From Macrostomum lignano (taxonomy: Eukaryota), in contig NIVC01000939.1 in NCBI GenBank assembly GCA_002269645.1, forward strand, positions 434,001-498,000: a DNA stretch of 64,000 nt. The letters are read 5' to 3'. The notes under the pieces are model-generated. The model saw only the letters and a program-made list of their open reading frames with translations. It did no database searches and was not told where the DNA came from. Made by a program: the position numbers and the translations under genes. This document shows positions 11,801 through 23,123 of this stretch, piece by piece (the stretch's first letter is position 1; every line of letters starts with the position of its first letter).

Positions 11801-14487
11801 GAGGCGGTCTGGCGGAGGGTGAGGCGGTCTGGCGGAGGGTGAGGCGGTCTGGCGGAGGGTGAGGCGGTCTTGCGTAGGGTGAGGCGGTCTTGCGGTGGGT
11901 GAGGCTGTCTGGTGGAGGGCGGAGGAGACTGGTGAGGCGGGTTCGGAGGCGGAGGGAGGGAGCCCCAAGTATCCGGTTGTAATCCCTGAATCAGCAGGCG
12001 CCATAGCAACTGGTTTTCAATCCAGACCCGGGGACAGACGCTGATGTCGCAGCCGACGCTGCTGGTCGCCGGCGCCGCTTGCCGCTGCTGCGCCCGCCGG
12101 ACCCCGTGGTGTTCGCATCCGTGGAGGCCGAGTCGCCGGCCTGGGCGAAGCCGCTGGACGAGGCGCTGACTGGCCTGGCGCTGGAGGACCCCGGGCTGAG
12201 GCTGCGCACTGACGAGGAGACAGGCCAGACTGTGCTGTGCGGCCTCGGCGAGCTGCACCTGCAGGTTCGGGTTCCGCTGAAGGACATCATACCAACCTGA
12301 AGGTTTCCAACCTGAAGGTTTCCAACCTGAAGGTTTCCAACCTGAAGGTTTCCAACCTGAAGGTTTCCAACCTGAAGGTTTCCAACCTGAAGGTTTCCAA
12401 CCTGAAGGTTTCCAACCTGAAGGTTTCCAACCTGAAGGTTTCCAACCTGAAGGTTTCCAACCTGAAGGTTTCCAACCTGAAGGTTTCCAACCTGAAGGTT
12501 TCCAACCTGAAGGTTTCCAACCTGAAGGTTTCCAACCTGAAGGTTTCCAACCTGAAGGTTTCCAACCTGAAGGTTTCCAACCTGAAGGTTTCCAACCTGA
12601 AGGTTTCCAACCTGAAGGTTTCCAACCTGAAGGTTTCCAACCTGAAGGTTTCCAACCTGAAGGTTTCCAACCGGAACCGGAAGGTTTCCAACCTGAAGGT
12701 TTCCAACCGGAACCGGAAGGTTTCCAACCTGAAGGTTTCCAACCATCTCAACCATTCAATCTTCCCATCTCAACCTGAAAGATCCCATCTCAAACTAAAA
12801 AATTCCATCTTAACCTCCTAAAGGTTCTCCATCCCATCTCAACTTAAGTTTGCCTAAGCCTGAAAGTTTCCAGGCTGAAGGTTCCCAGCATCCGATCTCC
12901 ATCAACTTCGCAGGTAGCGGGTCAGCGACTTCGAGAGCAGCTGGGACCGAACGCTTTCCGCCTCGGCCCCGTGACTGTCTCCTACAGGGAGCGCCTGGTT
13001 GCCATGGCAACCATTGACAGCTACACGCTACGCACCGAGTCGTACGGCGCCCCAGTTGAGGTGACGGTGTCGCTGGAGCTGCTGCCGCGGCTGCCAGCAG
13101 ACGAGGCGGATTCGGCGGCTGAGGCCAACTCTGAGACGGAGGTCGTCTTTGTGAACAGCGAGGCGCAGAACTGGGGCCAGCTACCGCCGCAGGCGCTTCG
13201 GGCTGTTCGCGAGGGCCTCGCCAAAGGATTGCGCGCCGGTCCGCTGGTCCGCGGCCAGGTCACCAACTGCAGCGTCCGGCTGCTGCGGCTGGCGGTCGTC
13301 AGGGCTGGGCAGGAGGGGGCGCCTCCAGCCAAGTTCTTGCAGCAGGTTGGCGCTCTGATGGTTGCTGGGTCTGAGTGTCGATGGCGTGGGTCCCATTGTA
13401 CATGAGGCAGTAAGACTTCCGGTCCTGGGAGATACTCCAGGGTCTCTTGATTAGGTCCGACTTCAGGCCTCATGATTGGGTCAGACTTCAGGCCTCATGA
13501 TTGGGTCAGACTTCAGGCCTCATGATTGGGTCAGACTTCAGGCCTCATGATTGGGTCAGACTTCAGGCCTCTTGATTAGGTCAGACTTCAGGCCTCATGA
13601 TTGGGTCAGACTTCAGGCCTCTTGATTGGGTCAGACTTCAGGCCTCATGATTGGGTCAGACTTCAGGCCTCTTGATAAGGTCAGACTTCAGGCCTCATGA
13701 TTGGGTCAGACTTCAGGCCTCATGATTGGGTCAGACTTCAGGCCTCATGATTGGGTCAGACTTCAGGCCTCTTGATTAGGTCAGACTTCAGGCCTCATGA
13801 TTGGGTCAGACTTCAGGCCTCATGATTGGGTCAGACTTCAGGCCTCATGATTGGGTCAGACTTCAGGCCTCTTGATAAGGTCAGACTTCAGGCCTCATGA
13901 TTGGGTCAGACTTCAGGCCTCATGATTGGGTCAGACTTCAGGCCTCATGATTGGGTCAGACTTCAAGACCTCCTTTTGTGGTGAGACTTCAGGACCTCAT
14001 GATTGATGAAGACTTCAGCCTTATGATTGGGGTAAGATTTCAGGACTTTTTTTGTAGGGTGAGACTTCGAGTGATCTGGTTAGACCTCATGAAAGCTTAA
14101 ATTTCCATTATCTCCCCGCCCATCCACCAGGTGACGTCAGCGATTTACTCGGCCGTCCGGCACCGGCTGTCCGCCGACTGCGTGCAACTCACCGAGCCGC
14201 TGATGCGACTTCGCGTCGACCTCGCCGAAACCTCGGCGCCGCCGGCTGCCTTCGACGCCCTGCTAACGGAGCTGTCGCGCCGGCACTGCAGCGTCGAGCG
14301 GGTTGACCGCGGCTTCGATGACATCACAGTGGTGGAGGCCTGCGGTTCCGTGGCCCAGCTGGCCGGTCTGCCCTCAGCTGTCCGGTCGGCCACTTCCGGC
14401 CACGCCGACCTGCACCTGCAGCTGCACGGCTACCGGGCCGTGTCCGACCAGCAGCAGGCGGTGCGCCGGATTCGATTTGGGGCCTGA
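8854..14487 (+). CDS. GFM2: Mitochondrial elongation factor G2 / ribosome-releasing factor 2, 7 exons, 743 aa
   Basis: Exons 8854-9184, 9610-9877, 10411-10761, 11445-11698, 12026-12264, 12914-13345, 14131-14487. All introns are GT-AG, phases are consistent, total 2232 nt. Motifs [61 protein letters not shown]. The presequence-like N-terminus and divergent domains IV-V favour EF-G2 over EF-G1. Confidence 0.92.
9288..9570. repeat. 32-bp minisatellite, GFM2 intron 1
   Basis: GCAGATGCGGGCTCAGGTGGGGTTTGCAGGGA, about 9 units. Confidence 0.95.
9905..10364. repeat. 28-bp minisatellite, GFM2 intron 2
   Basis: GGCCAGCCTCCCAGATCCTCGGTTGCTA, about 16 units. Confidence 0.95.
10835..11225. repeat. ~31-bp purine-rich minisatellite, GFM2 intron 3
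   Basis: GGGAATCAGGAGAAGGGGATGGGATGAGAAT and variants. Confidence 0.9.
11699..11915. repeat. 20-bp minisatellite starting at the splice donor, GFM2 intron 4
   Basis: GTGAGGCGGTCTGGCGGAGG, about 10 units. The first unit begins at the donor GT (11699). Confidence 0.95.
12292..12745. repeat. 15-bp minisatellite, GFM2 intron 5
   Basis: CCAACCTGAAGGTTT, about 30 nearly identical units. It produces the spurious KVSNL/VGNLQ ORFs. Confidence 0.97.
13459..13970. repeat. 25-bp minisatellite, GFM2 intron 6
   Basis: GACTTCAGGCCTCATGATTGGGTCA, about 20 units. Confidence 0.96.
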
Positions 14488-14509
14488 GCTGCTGCTGACT
14501 GGCCTGGGC

Positions 14510-14945
14510 TGACCTTTATTGACCTGATGGGTCCGGGATAACCCAGATTGACCTTTATTGACCTGATGGGTCCGGGATAACCCAGATTGACCTTTATTGA
14601 TTTGATGGGTTTGGGATTACCCAGATTGACCTTTATTGACCTGATGGGTCAGGGATAACCCAGATTGACCTTTATTGATTTGATGGGTTTGGGATTACCC
14701 AGATTGACCTTTATTGACCTGTTGGATCAGGTATAACCTAGATTGACCTTTACTGACCTGATGGTTCTGGGATAATCCAGATTAACCTTTATTGACCTGA
14801 TGGAGTTTAGGGTGACCTGGATTGATTTTTATTAACCTGATGAGTTTGGGGGACCTGAATTGATCTTTATTGACCTGATGGGTCAGGGATAACCCAGATA
14901 ATTCTTTATTGTCCTGACGGGCCTGGTATAACCTGGATTGACCTG
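14510..14945. repeat. 39-bp minisatellite just 3' of the GFM2 stop codon
   Basis: TTGACCTTTATTGACCTGATGGGTCCGGGATAACCCAGA, about 11 units, increasingly diverged distally. Confidence 0.92.
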
Positions 14946-17638
14946 CCATACTTCTGTCCAACAAAGGAAGCAACACGCTGATTCGTGCCTCCACTAAATA
15001 CCTGAAAATCAACTAAAAAAACCATCATATTTCAGAATTGTATTTGGCTAAGCGCTGATTGGTTAATTGTCGCTCATAATGCATTGTTAGTTTTTGTTAT
15101 TAAATAAATCGCTTGCACAAGCCAGTAACTGGGGCTGGCGCAAATTGCATTTACAATCCTCTGTTAAGAATAAAATTAATTGCAGAGCCATTTGTTAGAG
15201 TGACATTTGTTAGAGGTGACATAATACTTTATGTCAACGCAGGGTAATTCTTTATTGGCCTTCCTCATCACCGCAGGCAGTGCCCATATTCCAGTTGTTT
15301 CCGTCTTATCAGTGTCTTTTAATTAAAGTACAAATTTTGGTCCGAATTGCTGTGCAGGCCTCAAAAGTGTTTAAAAACTGAAGTCCGGCTTCAAGAGAAA
15401 AGTTTATTGAGTAGCTGCAGGATCTCCAGTCCGCCGCCCGCCGAAGCCAGCCGTGAGCCGAAAACGAGCTTGCAGATGACGTTGCATGCTCATCAGAGTT
15501 GAGAGGAATCTACGTCCTACTTGTGTCCGCCTTGGCCATGCACTCGTATATAGTGACATGCATATAGGATTACACAATGAAGACACCAGGACAAAATCAA
15601 ATTAAACAGCATTTTGCCCATAAAACTAAGGCCAACTTAATTTTAGTAATGTAGTCAATGTTCGCGATCTATATATTATAATGCTTCAAGTTCCCATTTA
15701 CATCCGGCTTATTAAAACAAAGCGAATCAGTAAATAGATTTGTTAGTTGATTAAGTAAAGTAAAGAGAGACTTTCAAGCTGAAAATCAACTTTTAATAAA
15801 AATAAAATATTATACGCATTGTTGCATTTGGTTTTGAAAACACGAAGTATAATCATTATATGTCAAAGCCATGGAGAGGTGGGAATGATGAGAATAATAT
15901 CGTTTAAAGTTATATGACTAGTAAAATCAAGCATTTGCTTCGCAGCAAAAGTACTGAGGACTGTGGGGAGCTCCCCTATGAGAATTCTTTGTTTGATGCA
16001 TATGATCAGAATGGGCTAGGCAAATGATTAATGAAGCAAGCTGTAGACTGTAGCCTAGTATAATAAATAAAATATTTCATAAACATAGAATAGCTTATGC
16101 CTAATTTTAATTAAAAAGTAAAATATGGGATTAAAATATAAACTAAATTAGGAATTAAAAATTAAAATTAATTAAATTAGTCTGTTTACTATAAATGATT
16201 AGCCTAAACTGCCTAAACATGCCTTTTTAGTTTTGAGAGAACCAGGCTAGCCCTGGCTAGGCTATTTGTATAAATTATGTCATGAGGGTCCAATTGTCCA
16301 AATGCTTAATCTGGCAATGGATTTATCAATTATGAAAATAGCTCCCTAAAAGGTATGCTTAATCTCTTTTGAAACTTAAACAAAAAGATTTTATAGAATG
16401 TTATTGAATTTTATAAAATAAATTTCTAGAGAATACAATTAATCCCTAGTAAATCTTTGACTTTAGGCTTGTATGTCTATATTTTATATTATTATTAATA
16501 TTATTACAATAATTAATATCAATTTGTATGTCTAGGCATTCCATTTATGGTAAAAATGTTTTCATTAGGCCATTAGGCCTATAGGGCCTATTAATGATAT
16601 TGTAATTGTAACCCCACTCTCAAGTCTTAAATCCTATCCTATAAGTCCTATAAGTCCTATAAAGTCATATAAATCCTATAAGTCCTAAATTACTAGCTAT
16701 ATAACTTACTTTTTGAGTTTTTGACCGAAAATGTAGCTTGTCTATGAATAAAATATAGGCCTAAGCAAAAATTAATGTAATTTTTTAAGTAAATAAAATA
16801 ATTGATTGTTTTATTAAGGCTAAATGCCTTATCATGTAATTAAAGTTCTATGTCTATATTTTTAAATAGGCATTTTTGCAACTTACCTTGGCTAAGCCTC
16901 TTATTAGCTAGTCAGATTGACCAAGTTAGCTGAGTGTTATACATATATGACTATGAGGATCTAAATCTGTAATAGATCAAACTAGCAACTTTTTAGGCAA
17001 AAAAGTTTGGTGAATGTTAGATTAGTCTTTTGTATTAATTGCTATTATAGATTGCATTTTTTTCTAGTCTGGTTATTAAAGATCTAGATCTTGATCTATT
17101 AGACATCTATCCTTATCTATTAATGATCTATAAATAAAATGTAAAAAATTAAAAATAATTTAGTATCATAAACTAAAAGATTATTGGTTTACTAATATAT
17201 GCATAGGTTTTTTGTGTTTTATACCTTATAACCACAATAAACTGTTTATAGCTGCTTATACAAATTTAATTTATTTGCATTGATTTATTAAAAGTTATAT
17301 TTATATATTAAAAATCTTATTAAAAAACTTTCAAAATCTCACTGGTGTCTTTCCTAAGATGCTTAGTGCATATAAAACAATTATACATTGACTTATTTAG
17401 CAAATTAAGTTATAAAAATGCTATGCATATAGCATGCAATAGGAAGCCTGTTTGGAGATTACACATGTATATACAGTATATGTATAGGATGTTGGAGCCA
17501 AATTGAGACTTATTTGCAAAAATGGAAAAGGCTATATATTTGATATATATATAAGTGGTAGCCAAAAGCTATTTTATTAGGCAAGTCTATAAAAAGACCA
17601 TGTCATTTTATATATCTATTTCCAGCTATTATTAGCCT

Positions 17639-17935
17639 CATACATGCGCAACCTCCAAAATTCGGTCGGCCGTGCGACTTAGTTTTAACAAAAATGCGAC
17701 ATAGTTTTTGGCCAAAAATGCGACTTGCATGTAAAAAAAACCGTAAAGCAAAATCAACGCAACTTTGGGTAAACAGCAGGAGTAACTATGACTCTCTTAT
17801 TAAGCCAAAATGCCTCGTCAGCTACTTAGTACTACTACTTAGGTGTTTTAGGGTGGGCATTTTTGCGACTTCCTTGGTTGGTCGCCAAATTGGTCGGCCG
17901 GATCGGCCGACTCGGCCGACTGTTGCGCATGTATG
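17639..17935. mobile_element. 297-bp MITE of the CATAC-TIR family, 8-bp TSD
   Basis: TIR CATACATGCGCAAC at both ends. TSD ATTAGCCT at 17631-17638 and 17936-17943. Subtermini are homologous to element 2096-4324. Confidence 0.95.
17767..17830 (+). other. 28S rRNA-derived fragment, copy 2, inside the MITE
   Basis: GGGTAAACAGCAGGAGTAACTATGACTCTCTTATTAAGCCAAAATGCCTCGTCAGCTACTTAGT. Confidence 0.92.
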
Positions 17936-18635
17936 ATTAGCCTTAAGATGTGGCTAGAATTATTGACTTGCATCTGCAACCTAATCTTATAATTAATTTG
18001 CCATCTCCTTGGTGATAAACTATAGAGGCTTTTTGGCATAAAACATTTGAGTGTCTGATTTTTTTGGTCTGCAGCTCAAGTGTAACCCAAATATATAGTT
18101 TAGAAAAGTTTGCATCTAGACTAAAAGGGACCAAATCTTCTTTGGCCAGAGCATATTTAGTTTTGCCACTATCCAGATTAGCTGCATGCACTGGTGCACT
18201 ATCTAATTGAAAGACATATGGTCTTCTTGCTGCTATTTGGTCAGTCCATGGCTTTACATCTCAAAGGACCTCCATGTATACCTTGTTCACATTCTGTGTG
18301 AAACATCTCTTGAAGTCTTTAAACAAATGCAGGTGCTCTTAAGAAGTCTGACATTTATTTCTAGTGTTTCCTATTAGAACTCCTCTACAAGCTACTCCCT
18401 TTCTTTTTTAACTATGTGACAACATGGCATACTATTGAGCTAGGTAGCCATATCACCTGAATGATCTTTGCAAGGCAGTTCCTGGTATGGAATAGGAATG
18501 GAATGTGAATAAGTTTTGGTTTGTCTCAATTTGGCTCTGATACCCTATGAGTATGGCACTAGTCCTAGCCATTATTAAGATTAGAGGTTAATGACACTAA
18601 GACTGAGTGCTAATATAATTGAATATTACTTCTTA

Positions 18636-18805
18636 CATACATGTGCAACCATGGGAATCACTCGGCCATTTCTATTGGCAATGCACATATAAGTTGCTAT
18701 TGGCTGAGAGCAGTCACATGATTACTATTCCATCAAATAGCGGCTTACATGTGTGTGTTGCCAATAGAAATGGCCGGGTGAATCCCTAGGTTGCGCCCAA
18801 GCATG
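18636..18805. mobile_element. 170-bp older MITE with a related terminus (CATACATGTGCAACC)
   Basis: About 40-bp inverted arms (…GGCCATTTCTATTGGCAA / TTGCCAATAGAAATGGCC…). The right tip and TSD are degenerate (ACTTCTTA vs ATGTCTTA). Confidence 0.7.
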
Positions 18806-19369
18806 ATGTCTTAGAATTACTTCCTGTTATATGAACTATTACTATTTTATTTTCTTAGTAATACTTTTTAAACTATTTATTTATAATTCCTTTTAAATCC
18901 ATTTTAAATGAAGAAAATATATTTGTTATGAACTTGAGTGTTCTATTTTGTAAAAAAGGTTTTTATTTTTGTTATAAATGTGTCCTAACATAACCCTATA
19001 TATAATAGCAAATAACCAAACACAAGAACAACTCCAACTTAAAGATAGGTCTATTCAAAAGACCCTAATACAGGGTTCATAGTAGCATATAGTCTTACAA
19101 AATGTTATTTGCATAATTTCAAATTAGCTATAGCTTACATATAGCTTAGAGGGGTTAATAGCTTGCATAACAAAAATTGTAGCATGAGTATCACATCTCC
19201 ATGGTTTTAAAATTTATAGGGAATATTTTATGTATGATAACTTTTAAACATATTGTTTGTTTACCATTGCCGTAGCTACACTCAAATGTTTCATTGTGCT
19301 AGCAACATTTTCTTGTATGCATTTTCTTAATATTACAAATACAAAGAACTACATTGACTCTTGCTGAAG

Positions 19370-21265
19370 GAGTACAAAGTTGTTGTCCTGGGCAGCGGAG
19401 GCGTGGGCAAGAGCGCCCTAACTGTGAAGTTTGTGTCCGGAAATTTTGTGGAGAAATATGATCCTACGATTGAGGACTTCTACAAAAAGCATATCCGGTG
19501 AGTGAGTGGATTTTATGACATTGTGAGACGGATGAAAAAAACTACTCTTTTTTCAAGACTGGGCACTTCAAGGTGACTCTGAGCAGTGTCCTGGGGGGAC
19601 TCCAAACTGAAGGCAGCGGGATTCTAAGGGCAAGGTAGAGACTGGACTCCAAGGGCTTGGCAGCAGAACTCCAAGGGCTTGGCAGCGGGACTCCAAGGGC
19701 TTGGCAGCGGGACTCCAAGGGCTTGGCAGCGGGACTTCAAGAGTAAGATAGCGGGACTCCAAGAGTGAGACAGCGGAACTCCAAGAGTGAGACAGCCGGA
19801 CTCGAAGAGCTTGGCAGCGGGACTCCAAAAACCTGGCAGCGGGACTTCAAGAGTCAGATAGCGGGACTCCAATGGCTTGGCAGCGGGACTCCAATGGCTT
19901 GGCAGCGGGACTCCAAGAAAAAGACAGTGGGACTCCAAGGGCTTGGCAGTGGAACTCCAAGGGCTTGGCAGTGGGACTCTTAAGACCAAGGCAGTGGGAC
20001 TCCGAGCAAGGCAGTGAGGCTCCAAAAGCAAGGCGGTGAGGCTCCAAGAGCAAGGCAGAGGGACTCCGAGCAAGGCAGTGAGACTCCAAGAGCAAGGCAG
20101 AGGGACTCCGAGCAAGGCAGTGAGACTCCAAGAGCAAGGCAGAGGGACTCCGAGCAAGGCAGCGGGACTCCAAGCAAGGCAGTGGGACTCCGAGCAAGGC
20201 AGTGGGACTCCGAGCAAGGCAGCGGGACTCCAAGAGGAAGACAGTGGGACTCCAAGGGCTTGGCAGTGGAACTCCAAAGGCTTGGCAGTGGGACTCCAAA
20301 GGTTTGGCAGTGGGACTCCAAGGGCTTGGCAGTGGAACTCCAAGGGCTTGGCAGTGGGACTCTTAAGACCAAGGCAGAGGGACTCCGAAAGCAAGGCAGT
20401 GAGACTCCAAGAGCAAGGCAGAGGGACTCCAAGAGCAAGGCAGAGGGACTCCGAAAGCAAGGCAGTGAGACTCCAAGAGCAAGGCAGAGGGACTCCAAGA
20501 GCAAGGCAGAGGGACTCCAAGAGCAAGGCAGTGAGACTCCAAGAGCAAGGCAGTGAGACTCCAAGAGCAAGGCAGAGGGACTCCGAGAGCAAGGCAGTGA
20601 GACTCCAAGAGCAAGGCAGTGAGACTCCAAGAGCAAGGCAGAGGGACTCCGAGAGCAAGGCAGTGAGACTCCAAGAGCAAGGCAGTGAGACTCCAAGAGC
20701 AAGGCAGAGGGACTCCGAGAGCAAGGCAGTGAGACTCCAAGAGCAAGGCAGTGAGACTCCAAGAACAAGGCAGTGGGACTCCGAGCAAGGGTCCCTCAGC
20801 TGCAGACCCTCTGAATCAGTGCTCGGCTGCAACGCGGTCCTCCCCACCTCGGCCAGGGTGGACCAGCAGCCCGCGGTGCTGGAGATTCTGGACACGGCTG
20901 GCACCGAGCAGTTCACCTCCATGCGCGACCTGTACATCAAGAACGGCCAGGGCTTCGTGGTGCTGTTCAGCGTCACCTCCATGCAGACCTTCCGCGACAT
21001 CCAGCAGCTGCGTGAGCAGATCTCCCGGGTGAAGAACCAGCCCCGCTGCCCCATCGTGCTGGTTGGCAACAAGGCCGATCTGGCCGAGCTCCGCCAGGTA
21101 TCCGGGCAGGACGCCCTTGCGCTGGCTGAGCAGTGGGGCTGTGCCTACCTGGAGACCTCGGCCAAGACCGGCCACAATGTTGAAGAAGTCTTCCTCGAGG
21201 TTGTCAACGAGATGACGGCCGCTGCCGCCAAGCCGCCTTCGCGCGGCTGCTGTCGCCTGATGTGA
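19370..21265 (+). CDS. RAP2: Rap2-type Ras-family small GTPase, 2 visible coding exons, initiator ATG not in the genomic exon
   Basis: Exons 19370-19497 and 20857-21265 (phase 2) give [28 protein letters not shown]|[58 protein letters not shown] and LYIKNGQG are Rap2 rather than Rap1 residues. C-terminal CaaX. The codon at the expected Met position is CTG (19364), with in-frame TGA at 19355. Confidence 0.9.
19640..20790. repeat. Compound 20-22-bp minisatellite, Rap2 intron
   Basis: GGGACTCCAAGGGCTTGGCAG-type units grading into GAGACTCCAAGAGCAAGGCAGT-type units. Confidence 0.93.
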
Positions 21266-21964
21266 CTGCCTGGCGTGACCGGCTCTGCATGACCATCTGT
21301 GTGTATGACTGGCTCTGCATGACCATCTTTGTGTATGACTGGCTCTGCATGACCATCTGTGTGTGACTGGCTCTGCATAACCATCTTTGTATTACTGCTG
21401 TTTACGTACATACGCATGTAATGACCAGCTCTATAAGTCTATGCATATGACTATTTATATGACAGGTCCGAATAATCCTGGTTCCGGCTGTATGATTATC
21501 GTGTGTGATAATCCCCGGCACTGGTAAACTATTCCAACACAACCTGCTGTCTTGTCTGGAGCTTTCAGAACTGATTTTGCTGCTTTCGTAGCGGAATATT
21601 TTTCTTTTATCACTTGGCCAATGGCCAGATTTGTACACAGTTCTAAAATTGATGTCTGTTTCCACTCACTCCATTGCCAAGTATTGCTCCCAGCCGAAGG
21701 ATAGTATATTTTACTGATATTTAAATATTTTCCTTGCCTATCGCGTACTCCTACTTATTAGTAGCCTGTAAAGAAATTGCCGCTGCCTTTTTGCTGTGAT
21801 TGTCCACCTATTCCAGAGGACCAACCAAAAACACTGGATGCATGTAGTTTCTTAGGTGCTGAAGTGCAGGCTGTTGCCACTTTCAAAATCACATGACTTC
21901 AATTTTTATACTGGCCGTTTTGCTCCAGTATGCTGCTTCCCTGTTCCACCGTTTTGTGCCAAGT

Positions 21965-22260
21965 CCCAGTCCTGGACACTGATCCCAAGTCCCAGTAAAC
22001 TGATCCCAAGTCCCAGTACACTGATCATACGTCCCAGTACATTGATCGTAAGTCCCAGTACACTGATCATACGTCCCAATACACTGATCGTAAGTCCCAG
22101 TACACTGATCATAAGTCCCAGTATACTGATCATACGAGCGTAAGTCCCAGTACACTGATCATAAGTCCCAGTACACTAATCATAAGTCCCAATACACTGA
22201 TCATAAGTCCCAGTACACTAATCATAAGTCCCAGGATCCCAAGTACCAGCAGGAGTCCCC
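21965..22260. repeat. 21-bp minisatellite downstream of Rap2
   Basis: ATCATAAGTCCCAGTACACTG, about 12 units. Confidence 0.9.
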
Positions 22261-22877
22261 CAGCCCTGAGTAGCAAGTCCCAGCATGAGCTCAAAGTCCC
22301 AGTCCTGACCAGCCACCACTCATTCCCCAGCGAGGTGCGCACAAGCAGAGCTCAATATTTTTAAATTCCGCATTCCGTGACAAGTTCGCCTGTCCAAATA
22401 CAAACATAACCTATTCTGCACAGCAATTTACAAGGAGCACCGGCGCTAACTAAATTATGCTGTTTGTTACATATCAAACATTCTTCATGTCCTGGTCTTA
22501 ACATATTTCAAGTAGATATGAATATATCTAGTAAGTTAAACTTACTGTAAGTGAAATTGCAAGGTTTTTTCTGTAAAAGTAGTTTAATATATAATATTTG
22601 TGAACAGTGCAAATAAATTCATTTATATTTGGCAAGCATGTAAAAAGTCCAATTAGACATTTTTCTCAATATAGGATTCAGATTTGCGAATAGAGTATGA
22701 AAAAAAAGAAATGATAAGCAAAAATAACAGAGCACTGCATTGCAAATCTAAGCTTTAAGGCCGAGGCCTGCCGAGACCGAGCCAATGCACGGTGAAAAAA
22801 AATTATTGTCTAATCATCGACGAATACAAAAATGTTAATGTGGTAGTGAGGTGCTAATATGCGTATTGGGGCGTCTG

Positions 22878-23062
22878 ACCCAAACAGACCACTCCTGATC
22901 CAAACAGACCACTCCTGACCCAAACAGACCACTCCTGACCCAAACAGACCCCTCCTGACCCAAACAGACCCCTCCTGACCCAAACAGACCCCTCCTGAGT
23001 CCTGATCCAAACAGACCCCTCTTACCCAAACCAGACCTCTCTTGACCCAAACAGACCCCTCC
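22878..23062. repeat. 20-bp minisatellite 3' of the BBOX gene
   Basis: CCCAAACAGACCCCTCCTGA, about 9 units. Confidence 0.9.
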
Positions 23063-23123
23063 TCACCCATTCCAACCCCATCTGACCCACTGAGGCAAGT
23101 GCTGCCTGACCCGGCCGCCGCAT

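Noticed and set aside
11991-12821. Long VGNLQ/KVSNL/LETFR repeat ORFs
   Set aside because: They are translations of the stop-free 15-bp array inside GFM2 intron 5. The flanking exons splice cleanly without them.
15400-15600. snRNA, snoRNA or SL RNA gene in the GC-rich island after GFM2
   Set aside because: No Sm site, C/D or H/ACA boxes, or leader sequence that I recognise. It may be a promoter or non-coding first exon, but this is unsupported.
17767-17830. Functional rRNA gene
   Set aside because: Only about 64 nt match, with substitutions in near-invariant positions, embedded in a MITE.
19624-21072. 400-480 aa repetitive ORFs over the Rap2 intron
   Set aside because: Minisatellite read-through. 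Only 20857-21265 is Rap2 coding.
8854-21265. GFM2-Rap2 trans-spliced operon
   Set aside because: The ~4.9-kb AT-rich gap containing MITEs is much longer than typical intercistronic spacers. There is no direct evidence.
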